A stretch of DNA of 64,000 nt from Octopus sinensis (Eukaryota). Both the position numbers and the translations under genes were made by a program. Positions 24,567 through 35,778 of the stretch are shown in pieces (the stretch's first letter is position 1; each line of letters starts with the position of its first letter). The stretch lies in assembly GCF_006345805.1 (NCBI RefSeq), contig NC_042999.1:118358001-118422000 (forward strand), written 5' to 3'. The notes beneath the pieces were generated by a model. It made no database searches and was not told the origin of the DNA. It worked only from the letters and a program-made list of their open reading frames with translations.

Positions 24567-25043
24567 TTATTCTATGAGTCTGCCTTCAGCTTCCAAGAAT
24601 GCTTCAGTGTAGGACTGGAATCAATGACATGCTTGCACTAAATGCTGCTTATTCATTTCATACAAAAACTGGACACTGGCAACCTTTATTGAAATTATGG
24701 TATTGTGAGGATGTCAGCTAGTCTCACTTTCACAAATGCCTGAAGGCAGTAGTCCTGGGGAATTAAATATCATAAATTTGGAGGACACAAGTGTTGCATG
24801 ATTGTAAATATTGCCTGACATTCATTCTTGAATTACATGGGCTTTGTGAGAAGGTGCTGAGTCTTGTTGAAACATGTTTGGCCTTCCACTGTATACCTCA
24901 TCTATTCAGGGCTTAATAATGTCCTCCAACTTCTCAATGTACCCAGCCATATTATTTCTAAGAGTTGGTGGAAAGATGTGAGGTAGCATGATATGACCTT
25001 TGTTATTCATCGCTCCTAGAACCATCACAGTTACTGGAAACTT
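24567..25043 (-). mobile_element. DD37D (maT-type) Tc1/mariner transposase remnant
   Basis: In-frame translation with stops: KFPVTVMVLGAMNNKGHIMLPHIFP..YIEKLEDIIKP*IDEVYSGRPNMFQQDSAPSHKA...HPHNT...EAEGRLIE*. Confidence 0.85.
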
Positions 25044-25450
25044 TACAATTAGCATGTGATAATTGTAAAGGAGTGTCACTGTCATAGTAGCAGTGTCATT
25101 AATTTCTAATATTCTGCAAAACCATGACTAGCATTGGGTAAATATTACCTGGCTTGGAAACAGTTGAGGATTGGAAACTGGTAGGGTATACAGCTATAGA
25201 AAATCTGTCTTTTATGAACTCCATCTGACCCATGCAAACATAGAAAAGAAGGATGACAATGACACATAGTGACACCTGTATACTTTCCTAATCCAAAAGT
25301 TTAGAGCTAATAGCATATTTAAATCATACATCAATTGTTAAATTTCTTAAATGCTATTATTATTATGTAAAGTATAGAAGCCATTTTATCATGGCTAACC
25401 ACATTGGGGAGGGGGTTGTTACTGTAGCTTTATAGCCCCAAGAGATCTTC

Positions 25451-25517
25451 GTTTTTCTAATGGCGTCTGCCACTGATGTCGTTTTTCGACATCAGTGGCA
25501 GACGCCATTAGAAAAAC
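25451..25517. repeat. Perfect 31-bp hairpin with a T5 loop
   Basis: gtttttctaatggcgtctgccactgatgtcg-ttttt-cgacatcagtggcagacgccattagaaaaac. Confidence 0.97.
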
Positions 25518-25568
25518 TTATATCTGTTTGCAAAGGAGCCTTCACTTTCATCGCTACCTGGTGGTTGC

Positions 25569-25611
25569 CGCCCGTTGACGAGGGACAAACATCCCGAAAC
25601 TTGTTCGAGCG
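25569..25611 (+). ncRNA. Minimal type I hammerhead-like motif (U3 variant) at the apex of the foldback
   Basis: cgcccg-TTGACGA-ggga(caaaca)tccc-GAA-ACTTGT-T-cgagcg: stem I 5 of 6 pairs, stem II 4 bp, near-palindromic stem III; predicted cut after 25605. Confidence 0.6.
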
Positions 25612-26160
25612 TATCACTCAGGCTTGCGAGGAAGGGATGGCCTCCCTTTGCAAATACTCCAAAGACACAGATATTGTGTTTAGAGCCAGCTAGAGACGAA
25701 GATCTCTTGGGGCTATAAAGCTACAGTAACAACCCCCTCCCCAATGTGGTTAGCCATGATAAGATGGCTTCTATACTTTACATTATCGAGCAATTACTGT
25801 TTCAATCTCATTCTGAGATTTAATTATGCCTATTATTATTATATTATTATTATATTATTATGATGATAAGGAGATATCCTATTCATTGTTCCTATATCCC
25901 TTTCCTTATATTTCCATTTCCATTTATATTTTTGATTTTTAATATTTTTCATTTTGCTTTTGTTTTTTGTTTTTCCCTTCTTCAAATTGTACTTATATCA
26001 TTTACTCTATCACCCTTTTTAAGAATTATATTTTAGTCTTCTTATTGCTGCTTTAGTTTTGGACTATATTGTAATCTTAGTCTTTTTGTTACTTTACTTG
26101 TTTTAGTTTATTTGTGATTCCTGATTTCCAGTTTTAACTATTACTGTCATAATAATCCAC

Positions 26161-26460
26161 GGGCATATGACATAGTGGTTAAGAGAGCGGACTACTAACC
26201 CCAAGATTCCGAGTTTGATTCCAAGCAGTGACCTGAACACTTATACTAATAATAATAATAATAATAATAATATAATAATAATAATAACATCGAAAAAATA
26301 CCTTAGGAATGAGAACCCAGGTTCGAAATTTCCGCAAGACACCTGAAGAAGGCTGGAGGGTATATCAGTTGAAACGTTGTGTTAACAACAAACAAAATGA
26401 GGGCAAATATCTGTTGAATGTAAATAATGTAAATAATTCCTCATCTCTTAAATATAGAAC
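26161..26460 (+). mobile_element. tRNA-headed SINE with (AAT)n linker and hammerhead-bearing 3' part
   Basis: A-box-like TGACATAGTGG (26168-26178), B-box-like GAGTTTGATTCC (26211-26222), (AAT)n, then the motif at 26338-26383. Confidence 0.75.
26338..26383 (+). ncRNA. Minimal type I hammerhead ribozyme motif
   Basis: gacac-CTGAAGA-A-ggctg(gagggtatat)cagtt-GAA-ACGT-T-gtgtt: all core nucleotides present, 5-bp stem I, palindromic ACGT stem III; predicted GUU cut after 26378. Confidence 0.72.
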
Positions 26461-26700
26461 TGTAATATATTAGTTATTCTTTTTTTACTACCTCCCCTCT
26501 CCTTATCTTTTAAGTAGTTTTATCAAGCTACTTGTTTTTGTAGATATTTTCTACAACTTGAAATTTAAGGTTCTTATTTGGACTCTTTTTACACATGAAC
26601 AGTAGATTATGATTATGGTTTCCTTTCAAATTTGCTTCTCCCTTCATAATACATAACCTTCCTGAAATAGAACTACTTTTAAGTAGTTCAAATAGCTTAA

Positions 26701-26910
26701 CCCTTTAAAACCAATCCTCCTAAGACCTGTTCTATAATAGAAACTTTCTGTTTTAAAATGATCAAATTCAAGACCTTTGATCATAACTTCATGTTAATTT
26801 ATGTTGCAAACCTCAGCTGAATCAAGATAAAGTTATTAAATTTTTCATTATTTTCAAAATGAATTAAACAAAGGGCAGTGTATTTCAAAAGAAATATGGT
26901 AACAAAAGGG
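26701..26910. mobile_element. Possible piggyBac-type MITE remnant
   Basis: Left end TTAA|CCCTTT, degenerate right end aaaaggg|tcat. Confidence 0.35.
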
Positions 26911-27387
26911 TCATAGTGTTTTCGATAAATGTCCTCAACTTATTTTCCAATCTATTTTTTTGTTTCTTCTACAAGTATTGTCTTCAAATTTCATTTCCTT
27001 CTTTCATGTATTTGTGTTTTCATTGTTGGCTTCCTTCTTTTTCTTTCAATCTTCTTCTCATATTTTTCTTTATATTCTTTCACTACTTCACATTTTTCAT
27101 TCATTGTTACTTTTTTTATTCCTTCCATCTTCATACTTTCTTTTCTCTATTTCATTTACATCTTGAATCCTTGCCTATATTCCTTTGATAAGCCACTTCT
27201 TTCTGTAATTTTTTCTACTTCCTTTTCTGTTTCCTTCTCTATCTTTGAACTGTACTCTGTCTCCCTCCTAATAATAACATATAAACTATTCATTATATCA
27301 GCTATAATAGTTCACTTCAATGAAATGTAAGTTGCTACGCTTGGAACATATTGTAAGAAAATAACATATAAAATAAAAAATATGTTG

Positions 27388-27429
<42 letters not shown>

Positions 27430-27576
27430 ACTGTGAGATAAAAATACTAGAAAATTAATTCATATGTGAAGATTTACGCCTCTGAAGAAAGCATGAACTC
27501 TGAGTTTACACTTAATGACATGTCTTTATACGGATGTGTTTCTAAAAGGAATTGTTGAAAATGGTCTCTGCTGCAG

Positions 27577-27706
27577 CTGGAGTATTATCTACCAGTAAAG
27601 TAAGAAACTTAAGAATGTTCTGAAAATTATTAACTAAATTTACCAAATACTCATACAGCACTCTACTGTTGACTCACTGTCTTTCTGCAGATATTTAAAT
27701 TATAAT
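27577..27706 (+). CDS. Candidate pair of microexons 27577-27599 and 27691-27706 (LEYYLPVK-YLNYN)
   Basis: 91-nt GT-AG intron (gtaaga ... gactcac branch-like site ... tctttctgcag), second donor gtatgt; phases are compatible. Confidence 0.2.
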
Positions 27707-29149
27707 GTATGTACCAAAGGTAGCTGACTATTTGCATATTCAATGTGTCTTATAGTTTACTTTTTAGTTCTAATTTTTAGAAATGACAATCTAGTCATGT
27801 GTATATATACATAGCACACAAACATGCACACATGCATACACATGCGCACACACACACACTAGTGCACACACATGTAAGTTTGTAGGTAGGTAGGAAGGTA
27901 GCAAGTGACTCAATTACTTTTGGGGGACAGAGATAAATAAAGTTTACTGCAGTTAACAAGAAGACATGACTGGATACAGAAATAAAAATCGATTCATTGA
28001 TTTATACAGATTTTGAAAAAGTATAAGGTGAGCATATAGATATTTCTATAATTTGAACAATTGTTACCTGATTAGATAGGCAGGTGAGTATGAAGACAGA
28101 TTAATCAACAGAGATATATATAGGTATGAAGTGATGTATAAATAGTTTTGCTACAAAACTACAGCAAATGGGAAAACCATCAGAGATTGTAACATTATAT
28201 AGTTTACAAAGGTATTTTGAAGTGAAAGTTATTTTTGCATTTAATATTCTCTCCTCAAACAATAAAATATTGTTTAAAGATGTTTCAGGTCCCACTGATG
28301 AAAGTAAATTCAATTAAGGAAAGAATAAACGAAATTAGATTGCTTGATTCCTCCATGAATCAATTTTGACTCTGGAAAACATGTGTTAAATATAAAAGAA
28401 ATAAAGAATATTTATTTGAAATATAAAAGTCATCCTATAATTAACCTTTTTATTTCTTGAATATTCATGCAATGATTATTAAGATACTAATCAAGATATT
28501 AGTAATGTAATAATTTTATGTGAAGTATAGCAAATGTTTGCAGCAATTTACATCCAAGTAGATTTTAGTTAAATGCATAAATACTTTTGGAGCAACCTTG
28601 TCTTTGTTTGAAAGTCCATGAGACCCTGATTAAGTAATCAGAGCTTCTGTCCTACCTGCAGTCCAGTTATGTTATAGAGTTCTTGATATTTGGAAGGCAA
28701 GATATTTGAACATACTTTCATTAATTTATTTTTTGTTGCAAAATGTCAATTTTTTTTAAAGAAACACAAAAAACTGTTAGTTCAACCTTTCAATCAAGAA
28801 ATTATTTCCTGCCAAACATCATTCATTAAAAAATACATCGTATATATTTAATCTCTGAGTGAATGTATCAATTTCATCCATCATTTAGATGGAATGCGAA
28901 GAGAAAATAGAGATTGGATTGTATTCATGTAATTCTTTCTTCTTCACCATGGTACTGGATACATTTAAAATGTTTTAAATTATCTCAATTCCCTTCTATT
29001 ATACATGGTCCTTTTAGTCCTCACAGCCCTTTCCATGAGAAGGAAAATTTATATGAAGTACTTATTAAGATGATAATATCATGATGATAATGATGATCAT
29101 CATTATGTCCATCATCCTTGTCAGCATCGTTGTCATTATCCTTTTACAT

Positions 29150-29590
29150 TTGCATCAATGACTGCAGGGTAAATTGGACAAAGATGGAAATATCAGATGG
29201 TTTCTGATTAGGAAAGATTAAGAACAGTGGTTTGTTTGAGAATTAGAAATGGTAGACATGACATGGGAATGGTATGGATAAAATTGATTACGACAGGTGG
29301 GGTGTGTAAAACCTATCCATTTCAAGGAGCTATAGCATCCAATAAGAAAGAGTCATTGTATTATCAATATAGATGGGTAGAGTAGATGACAATGAGACAG
29401 TGCATCTGTAAGCAAGGAGTTACAGTGTGGTGAAGAAGAGTGACTTTGCTAATAAGTTAAGTAGCTTTTTTTCTATGTCTAAACTGTCAGGATGTGTAGT
29501 TGTCCTGTGTGGAAGCAATATTTTATTGTTGGATTGAGAATCCCAGATGATCTCTGGTGAGAGTCAGCAACTCTTAGAAGCTGCAGTGTT
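29150..29590 (-). mobile_element. Old CR1-like LINE 3' remnant
   Basis: Minus strand translates to a degenerate LAYRCTVSLS..Y, resembling the LAHRRxVSSLSLFYRY post-RT motif; many stops. Confidence 0.4.
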
Positions 29591-31093
29591 TTCTAGTTTT
29601 TAAAAGAAAGCCAATACATATATGGTTATACATTCACATACACTTGCAAAACAACACTTAAATGCATAAAAAATATGTACATATTTAGATGTATGTATAT
29701 ATGTGTATGTGTGTGTGCGTGTGTGTGTGTAAGAAAACTTCACAGCAATGAAAACAATGGTGAAGAAAACTGTATCAGAGTCAGTCAAAGAAGAAACACC
29801 AATATTAGTTGTTTTTATATTGTATTCTAAAAGAATATGTAAAAAAGCATTGCAGTCAAGACAACTTGCCCATGACATAAAGGATAAGAACAAAGTTACT
29901 TTTATAGAATTGTCAATGTTAATATTGACATATTGAATAGTGTATATCACTTTCAGACATAAATAACATGTGTACATGTGTAAGATTATTGGCCTCAGCA
30001 GACATCTCATATGTCATTATAAGGTTGGGAAAAAAGTTTTATATGCATGCATAAATACATATGCACATGAATGAGTATTTTAAATACATACATATTGTTT
30101 CGTTTTTTTCCTAAATACTATGGATCCAATGATTTAGTACTTAACTATGGTTTCTGATGTTCAAGAAGAAAAAAGATGAATCTCCGACTGGATAAGAAGC
30201 AATTCTTTTGCGACAAGTAGTTTTTGTCTAGTAAATACAGTATCTGTTTCTGAGAATTAAGGTAATGCACGATTAAATGTTCAACCAAGAAACTCATCAA
30301 ACTATCTGCCAAGAATCTGAATGCATAATCTATAAACAAGCTGAGCTAGTACATTATTAATATTTATTATGTACAAATATTCACACTATCTCAAATGTTG
30401 GAGTAGTTTCTCGCTCTGTTTATCACCCATTCTTTTTATAAAGAATTAAAGCTAATCATGGCATACATGTCTTCAGTTTTCTCCACTTGTAATGTGTCAT
30501 AATCCCTAATCTCTCTTCAAAAAGAAATACATTACTTCTTTCCCCCTTGAAAGATCACATCATATACAACCATCTTCCCCTACTTCTAATCCTAAATACT
30601 TTTCAAGCTTTGCATTTAACCAAACCTATCTCCATTAACTCTGACACAACTTCCACTGATTTCTGAAATCAGAGTAACAAGAGAATTAATTTTTTATTTC
30701 ATTTTCCAGTGTTAAGGATTTTAAATGCCTGTAACACTAAGATCAAATTAAATTAATACAGATTCTTTTCTTATTGGTTTCCAATTTTGCAAAAGGCCAG
30801 CAATCTCATGAGATGGTTTCAGATGATTACATCGACCCCAGTTCTTAACTGTTACTTATTTTATCTATTCTGAAAGGAACAAAGGCAAAAGCAACCCTGG
30901 CATCATTTCAACTCAGAACATAAAGTTGGAAAAAGTCTTTTTCTTATAAAAAAAAATATCTATGATAAATCATTATTTGTTGTCTTTTATCTGTTTGTGT
31001 AAATTCCACTCTTTATATAACTTGTCTTTGTAAAATTCCTGTCTTCTTATGGCTCTTTCTATCTAAGTGTGTGCTTATGCTTCTAAGCATCAG

Positions 31094-31156
31094 GTTTTTG
31101 TCAACATACAATAATACAGCACCATTTTCTGATTTCTTGCTACCAAAACCTCAACG
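31094..31156 (+). CDS. Candidate exon (FLSTYNNTAPFSDFLLPKPQ)
   Basis: Acceptor cttctaagcatcag and donor ACG|gtaatt; phase-compatible with 35714-35778. Confidence 0.2.
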
Positions 31157-31268
31157 GTAATTGCAACTTGAACTCTACTTCTATTCACTTTCACAAGCTG
31201 TGCCACCTGTTTCTTGTGCATTTCTTTGTTGTTTAAGTGAACGGATAAATATTTCATTGACTTTGCCG

Positions 31269-31506
31269 CTAGACCAACAAAAGATTGCCAGCAGTCCACA
31301 GAGTGTTGCTGTCGACATTGTTGTTATTGTTGAAGTGTTTGCTGTAATTGTTGCTTTTGCTGTGGTTGTTAGTATGCCCGTTACTGCAGTGGTTGTTATT
31401 GTTGCTGTTGGTGTTACTGTTGCGGTCACTGCAGTTGCTGTTGTTGTTGCTGTTGTTAGTGTTGCCATCGTTGTGGTTCTTATATTCGTCTGATTTTCTA
31501 TCCCTG
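31269..31506 (-). CDS. Candidate terminal exon, Asn-rich low-complexity (RDRKSDEYKNHNDGNTNNSNNN...TLWTAGNLLLV*)
   Basis: Degenerate (AAC)n tract open in the Asn and Thr frames; acceptor ttttccatcattag; could equally be a decayed microsatellite. Confidence 0.25.
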
Positions 31507-31854
31507 CTAATGATGGAAAATCTGCTCATGTTGATTGATTCGAAGAGAAACTATCATTATTCATGTTGTAGTCAGAATTAACATACTCCTCCTACCACTT
31601 CATACAGTTTAGTGGGCATGACTTGGTGATGTCATAATTTTAAACATTAAAATTTTTTATATGCCGATATTTTTGTTATGAGAAATATGACCCTTAGGGC
31701 CCACTCTTCTTTCCTCTTCTTAACACAGTGAAGTAAGGAGTCCTTATATATCGAAGTATCTAAAGAACATTAAACGAAGCAACATATTTTGTACAAAAAC
31801 AACAAGCTTCTTACAAAGCAAAGTGTATCCAACAAAGACTAATAATAATAAACC

Positions 31855-32330
31855 TTTCTACTATTGGCACAAGACCTGAAATTTTGTGGGGAGGGAGCTA
31901 GTCAATTACATTAACCCTGGTGCTCAACTACTACTTATTTCTTTGGCCCTGAAAGAATGAAAGATAAAGTTGACCTTGGTAATAGTGGACTTCAAAATGT
32001 AAAGAGTCAGAAAAAAATTTGCAGAGCATTTATTCCAATGCTCTAATGATTCTTCCAGCTAGCCCTTAATAATAATAATGATGACGATGATGATGATAAT
32101 AATAATAATAATGGCTGCAAATTTTTCCACAAGGGCAGCCATTCTGGGGGAGGGGATGAGTCAATTACATCGACCCCAGTGTTCAACTGGTGCTTGTTTT
32201 ATTGACCCCGAAAGGATGAAAGGCAAAGTCGACCTTGGTAGAATTTGAACTCAGAACATAGCAACAGACGAAATACCCAGTGCACTAAAGATTCTGTCCA
32301 GCACACTAATGAATCTGCCAATTCACTGCC
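31855..32330 (-). mobile_element. Two adjacent tRNA-derived SINEs (cagaattgtta... family) separated by (AAT)/(GAT) repeats
   Basis: Reverse complements match 23875-24085 at about 31855-32060 and 32110-32330. Confidence 0.75.
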
Positions 32331-32564
32331 ATCAATAATAATAATAATAATAATAATGAGATTAGTATTCACATGTCGAATGTCTCCCATGATAATTAAC
32401 AACTAAGTATCAAAGCTTATAATGTGCAGAAAGAGACCCTGTGAGACCTCTGACAACTGATTGTTGTCTGCTCTCAGAATCTACAAGAGCAAACAAAACT
32501 ATGTGCTCTGAGAAGTAAAATAATGATAATAATAATGATTAGTAATAATATGCATTTTAAAAAT

Positions 32565-34010
32565 AGCAAAATGGAAAGAACCTGGCATGGATGGAGTACA
32601 AGATTATTGGCTGAGAATTTTACAGTTGCATGAATGTATCACTGCACACCTTGATGAATGTCTGCAGTAGTGTCATGTCCCTAACTGGATGACCAATGGA
32701 AAAACATTGTTATGTCTGAAGGATCTCTTGAAAGGTGAATTGGGATCAAATTTTGACCTATGACCTCTTTACCACTGTTGTGGAAGCTTATAACCTCTGT
32801 TTTTGCAGAAAATTATATAATCATCTGGAAAGTAACAATCAAAAAGAATGCAGGAAGCAAAGTAAAGCAAAAAAAGACTGCATTTTAGTTGATAAAATGT
32901 TAATTAGAAATTTTAGATACAGATTGACAGAAATAAATGTATCATGGCTAAATTACAGAAAAGCATATAACATGCTACCGAACAGTTGGATGAATAAAAC
33001 AATGAGCATGTTTGGAGTGGAAGAAAATATAGAGAAAATGGTAAATGAAAGTATGAAACACTAGAATACTGAACTGATTGAAGGAAAACAGACTGGAGAA
33101 AGTGAACATCAGACTTGGTATATTTGAAGGTGTTAGTTTATCCACATTATTATTTGCATTGGCCATGATGCCATCAGTTTGATATTATGAGAAGCTAAAA
33201 ATAGCTTGTGATTTGGGAAAAGGATATGGTCAGATAAATCATCTCCTTTTTATGGAGGATTTCAAGCTTTATGTAATAAATGAGAAGCAGCATGAAAGTC
33301 TTGTACATACTGTCTGTATTTTCTCAGATGATGTAAGTATGGAATTTGGGATTGAAAAGTGCTATATTGAAAGTAAAATGTGGAAAATTTCGTAGAAGCC
33401 CGGGAATTGAAATGCCAAATGGACAAAAAAATGAAGTCAGTCAACAAGGGACTGTGGTATAAGTATTTGGAGGAAGATGAAATAAAACATGAAGAGATGA
33501 AGCAAATTATAAGTAGGGATTATACAAGGAGAGTCAAAGTTGAATTCAAAAAATGTTATTGAAACAATAAATTCAAGAACAGTACTGGTTATCAGATATG
33601 GAATTGGAATTGTAGATTCAACCAAAAGCAACATACAGAAATTTGACAGAAAAGTTAGAAAGCTGTTGGCAATGTATGGAGCTGATATTAACTGGTTGTA
33701 CTTGAAGAGAGATCAGGATGGAAGAGGCTTAGTTGCTGTGGAAGTGTATGTAGAGATGATAAAAAAGCCTACAAGTTTACAGAACAGAACAGAGAAATTA
33801 CTAAAAGCAGGGAATAAGGAACAGGTGATGAAGTGTGAAATAGGAGAAAAGGACCAAAAGGAAATTCAAAAAGAGCATATTAAACAGACTGTAGAGAAAC
33901 CTTTACATGATCAGTTGTAGAAAGCCACTGAGGATGTATGCAGAACAAAAACCTGGGCTTGATTGAGAAAAAGGGCAATTAAAAAAAGAACAGAGGGCCC
34001 TATTAGAGCA
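32565..34010 (+). mobile_element. R4/Dong-like (R2-group) non-LTR retrotransposon reverse transcriptase remnant
   Basis: Frameshifted RT motifs: WKEPGMDGVQDYWL, SWLNYRKAYNMLPNSW, GIFEGVSLSTLLF, INHLLFMEDFKLY (MDDLKLY), TINSRTVLVIRYG, LYLKRDQDGRGL. Confidence 0.88.
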
Positions 34011-35713
34011 GCTCAAGATCAAGCATTAATAAATAAACAACTTGAGAAAATATGTATATGGGGAGAAGGTGTATTTATTTTATCAACCCTGAAAGGGATA
34101 GTCAACCTCTATGGAATTTGCACTCAGAACATAAAGATGAATGAAATACCACTAAGAATTCTGTCCAACATGTAAACGATTCTGCCATCTCACTGCCTTA
34201 ATAACAACAACGACAACAATAATAATTTCAAACAAATCTTTAATGCCATGTTTAGGAAGAAAAAGAAATATGTCTTCGTTTCTGATTAGGTGTTCTTTTT
34301 ATTTAGGTACACTTGCAGCATTTTGAAAATTTGCATAAATCCACTTTGGAATGGAATTTTAGAGCATTTATTTTAATTTGATTTAAAATTGATTCATGAA
34401 TATTTATGAATTTTGACAAACTATTTCTAAAACTAACATTATGTTTGTACTATTTCATGGCTGTTGCTTTTATTTTTGTTTTTAACTCTTTTGAAGAAGA
34501 TATGATATTTCTAAGTCAGAGAATTTTTCTTAAACTTAAATGTAGGCAATTTCTGTGTAGGTGCTTGACCATTGCAGATGAGAGAAAAAATTGTCCTTGG
34601 CAAACTCTTCTTTTCTCCCCCACCCCATTAAAATTGACAATATGTGTTTCAAGTCCTAAAATGCTATGGCCTGCAATAGTGATAAAATGGCCATAGAAAG
34701 AATTCCTAAATTCGTTGCCCTGTCAGAATTATGTTATAGATTTGCTCATACAGAGGTAGTAAGAGTTAATTGTCTTTTACTAAAGAATATAATACAGTCA
34801 GTATTTTTTTATGACATCCCTAACAGATTTCATTTTATGGAAGCCCAATTGCCAATAAAATTTTAAGTTCTGTTGTAAACTGTTTCAGCTTAATCAATGT
34901 ATTTAAAAATGGGGGTGTGGTTGGAATAAAAGCATTGAAATAGGAGATTGATGTTGCAATGAATATGAGTTATATCCATAATAACATTGATGATACAATA
35001 GATATGAATGGAAAACTTGCAACAACCAATGCATTTGCTTCAATTACATTACAAACATTGTTTTAATTACACTTGGTTAGTAATAGGAAAGAGGTGTGTA
35101 CATCTTTAAAAGCAATTGCTCTGACAATATGAAATTATCTTAATGTGCAACAACCATTACACCAACAGATTAATAATGTAAGGAAGAATTTACAAAAAGA
35201 TTGAAGTGAAATATATAAAAACAAACGTACAAAAGTTTTTGCAAAAAATAGGGTTTGAAATTAATTCTTAATTTTATGGTTCTATAGCTTGCAATCTTCA
35301 CTAGATTAAAATTTAGAATGAGCATTTTTTTCACTTAAAGAAAACAGGTATAGTTTCTAAATCCATCAAATAACAGTCATTTGTTATTAACTGATTTTTG
35401 ATTAGGATTAACTCTGCCTTTTGTTTCTTATTCTGTCCATTCAGTAATTTGTAGCTTTATGTCTTCCTCTAAGATGAGCAGAACTCTGCTTCTTCAGCTG
35501 ATAAGAGTATAAAATTTTTTATTCTATAGTTGAACGATTACCTGTAGAAAGGACATGCATTTGAAAAAGTAATTGCTCTGAAAAAATGTTAATGACCAAA
35601 TATTTTTTTTAAAAACTATTCACCACTATAATATAGATGTAAATGAGTAAAATATGGAAGTTGAAAAAATATAGTTTGAAAGTAATACTAGTATACTGTT
35701 TACTCTTTGATAG

Positions 35714-35778
35714 GGAGGTAGCTAGGAGTAACATTAAAAGACTAAACAGGAGTCCTCAGCAAAAAAGAAAAAGAAAAA
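35714..35778 (+). CDS. Candidate exon (EVARSNIKRLNRSPQQKRKRK)
   Basis: Acceptor gtttactctttgatag and donor AAA|gtatgt; only one frame open; basic NLS-like end. Confidence 0.25.

Larger units (their letters stand above)
25366..25782. mobile_element. 417-bp foldback/MITE-like element with 87-bp TIRs and TTA target duplication
   Basis: 25366-25452 and 25696-25782 are reverse complements with one mismatch; TTA at 25363-25365 and 25783-25785. Confidence 0.92.

Noticed and set aside
25460-25693. 77-aa ORF inside the foldback element
   Set aside because: It starts within the perfect hairpin, has no transposase motifs, and is explained by higher GC.
26161-26235. Functional tRNA gene
   Set aside because: The A and B boxes are mutated, no full cloverleaf or acceptor stem forms, and it continues into SINE body.
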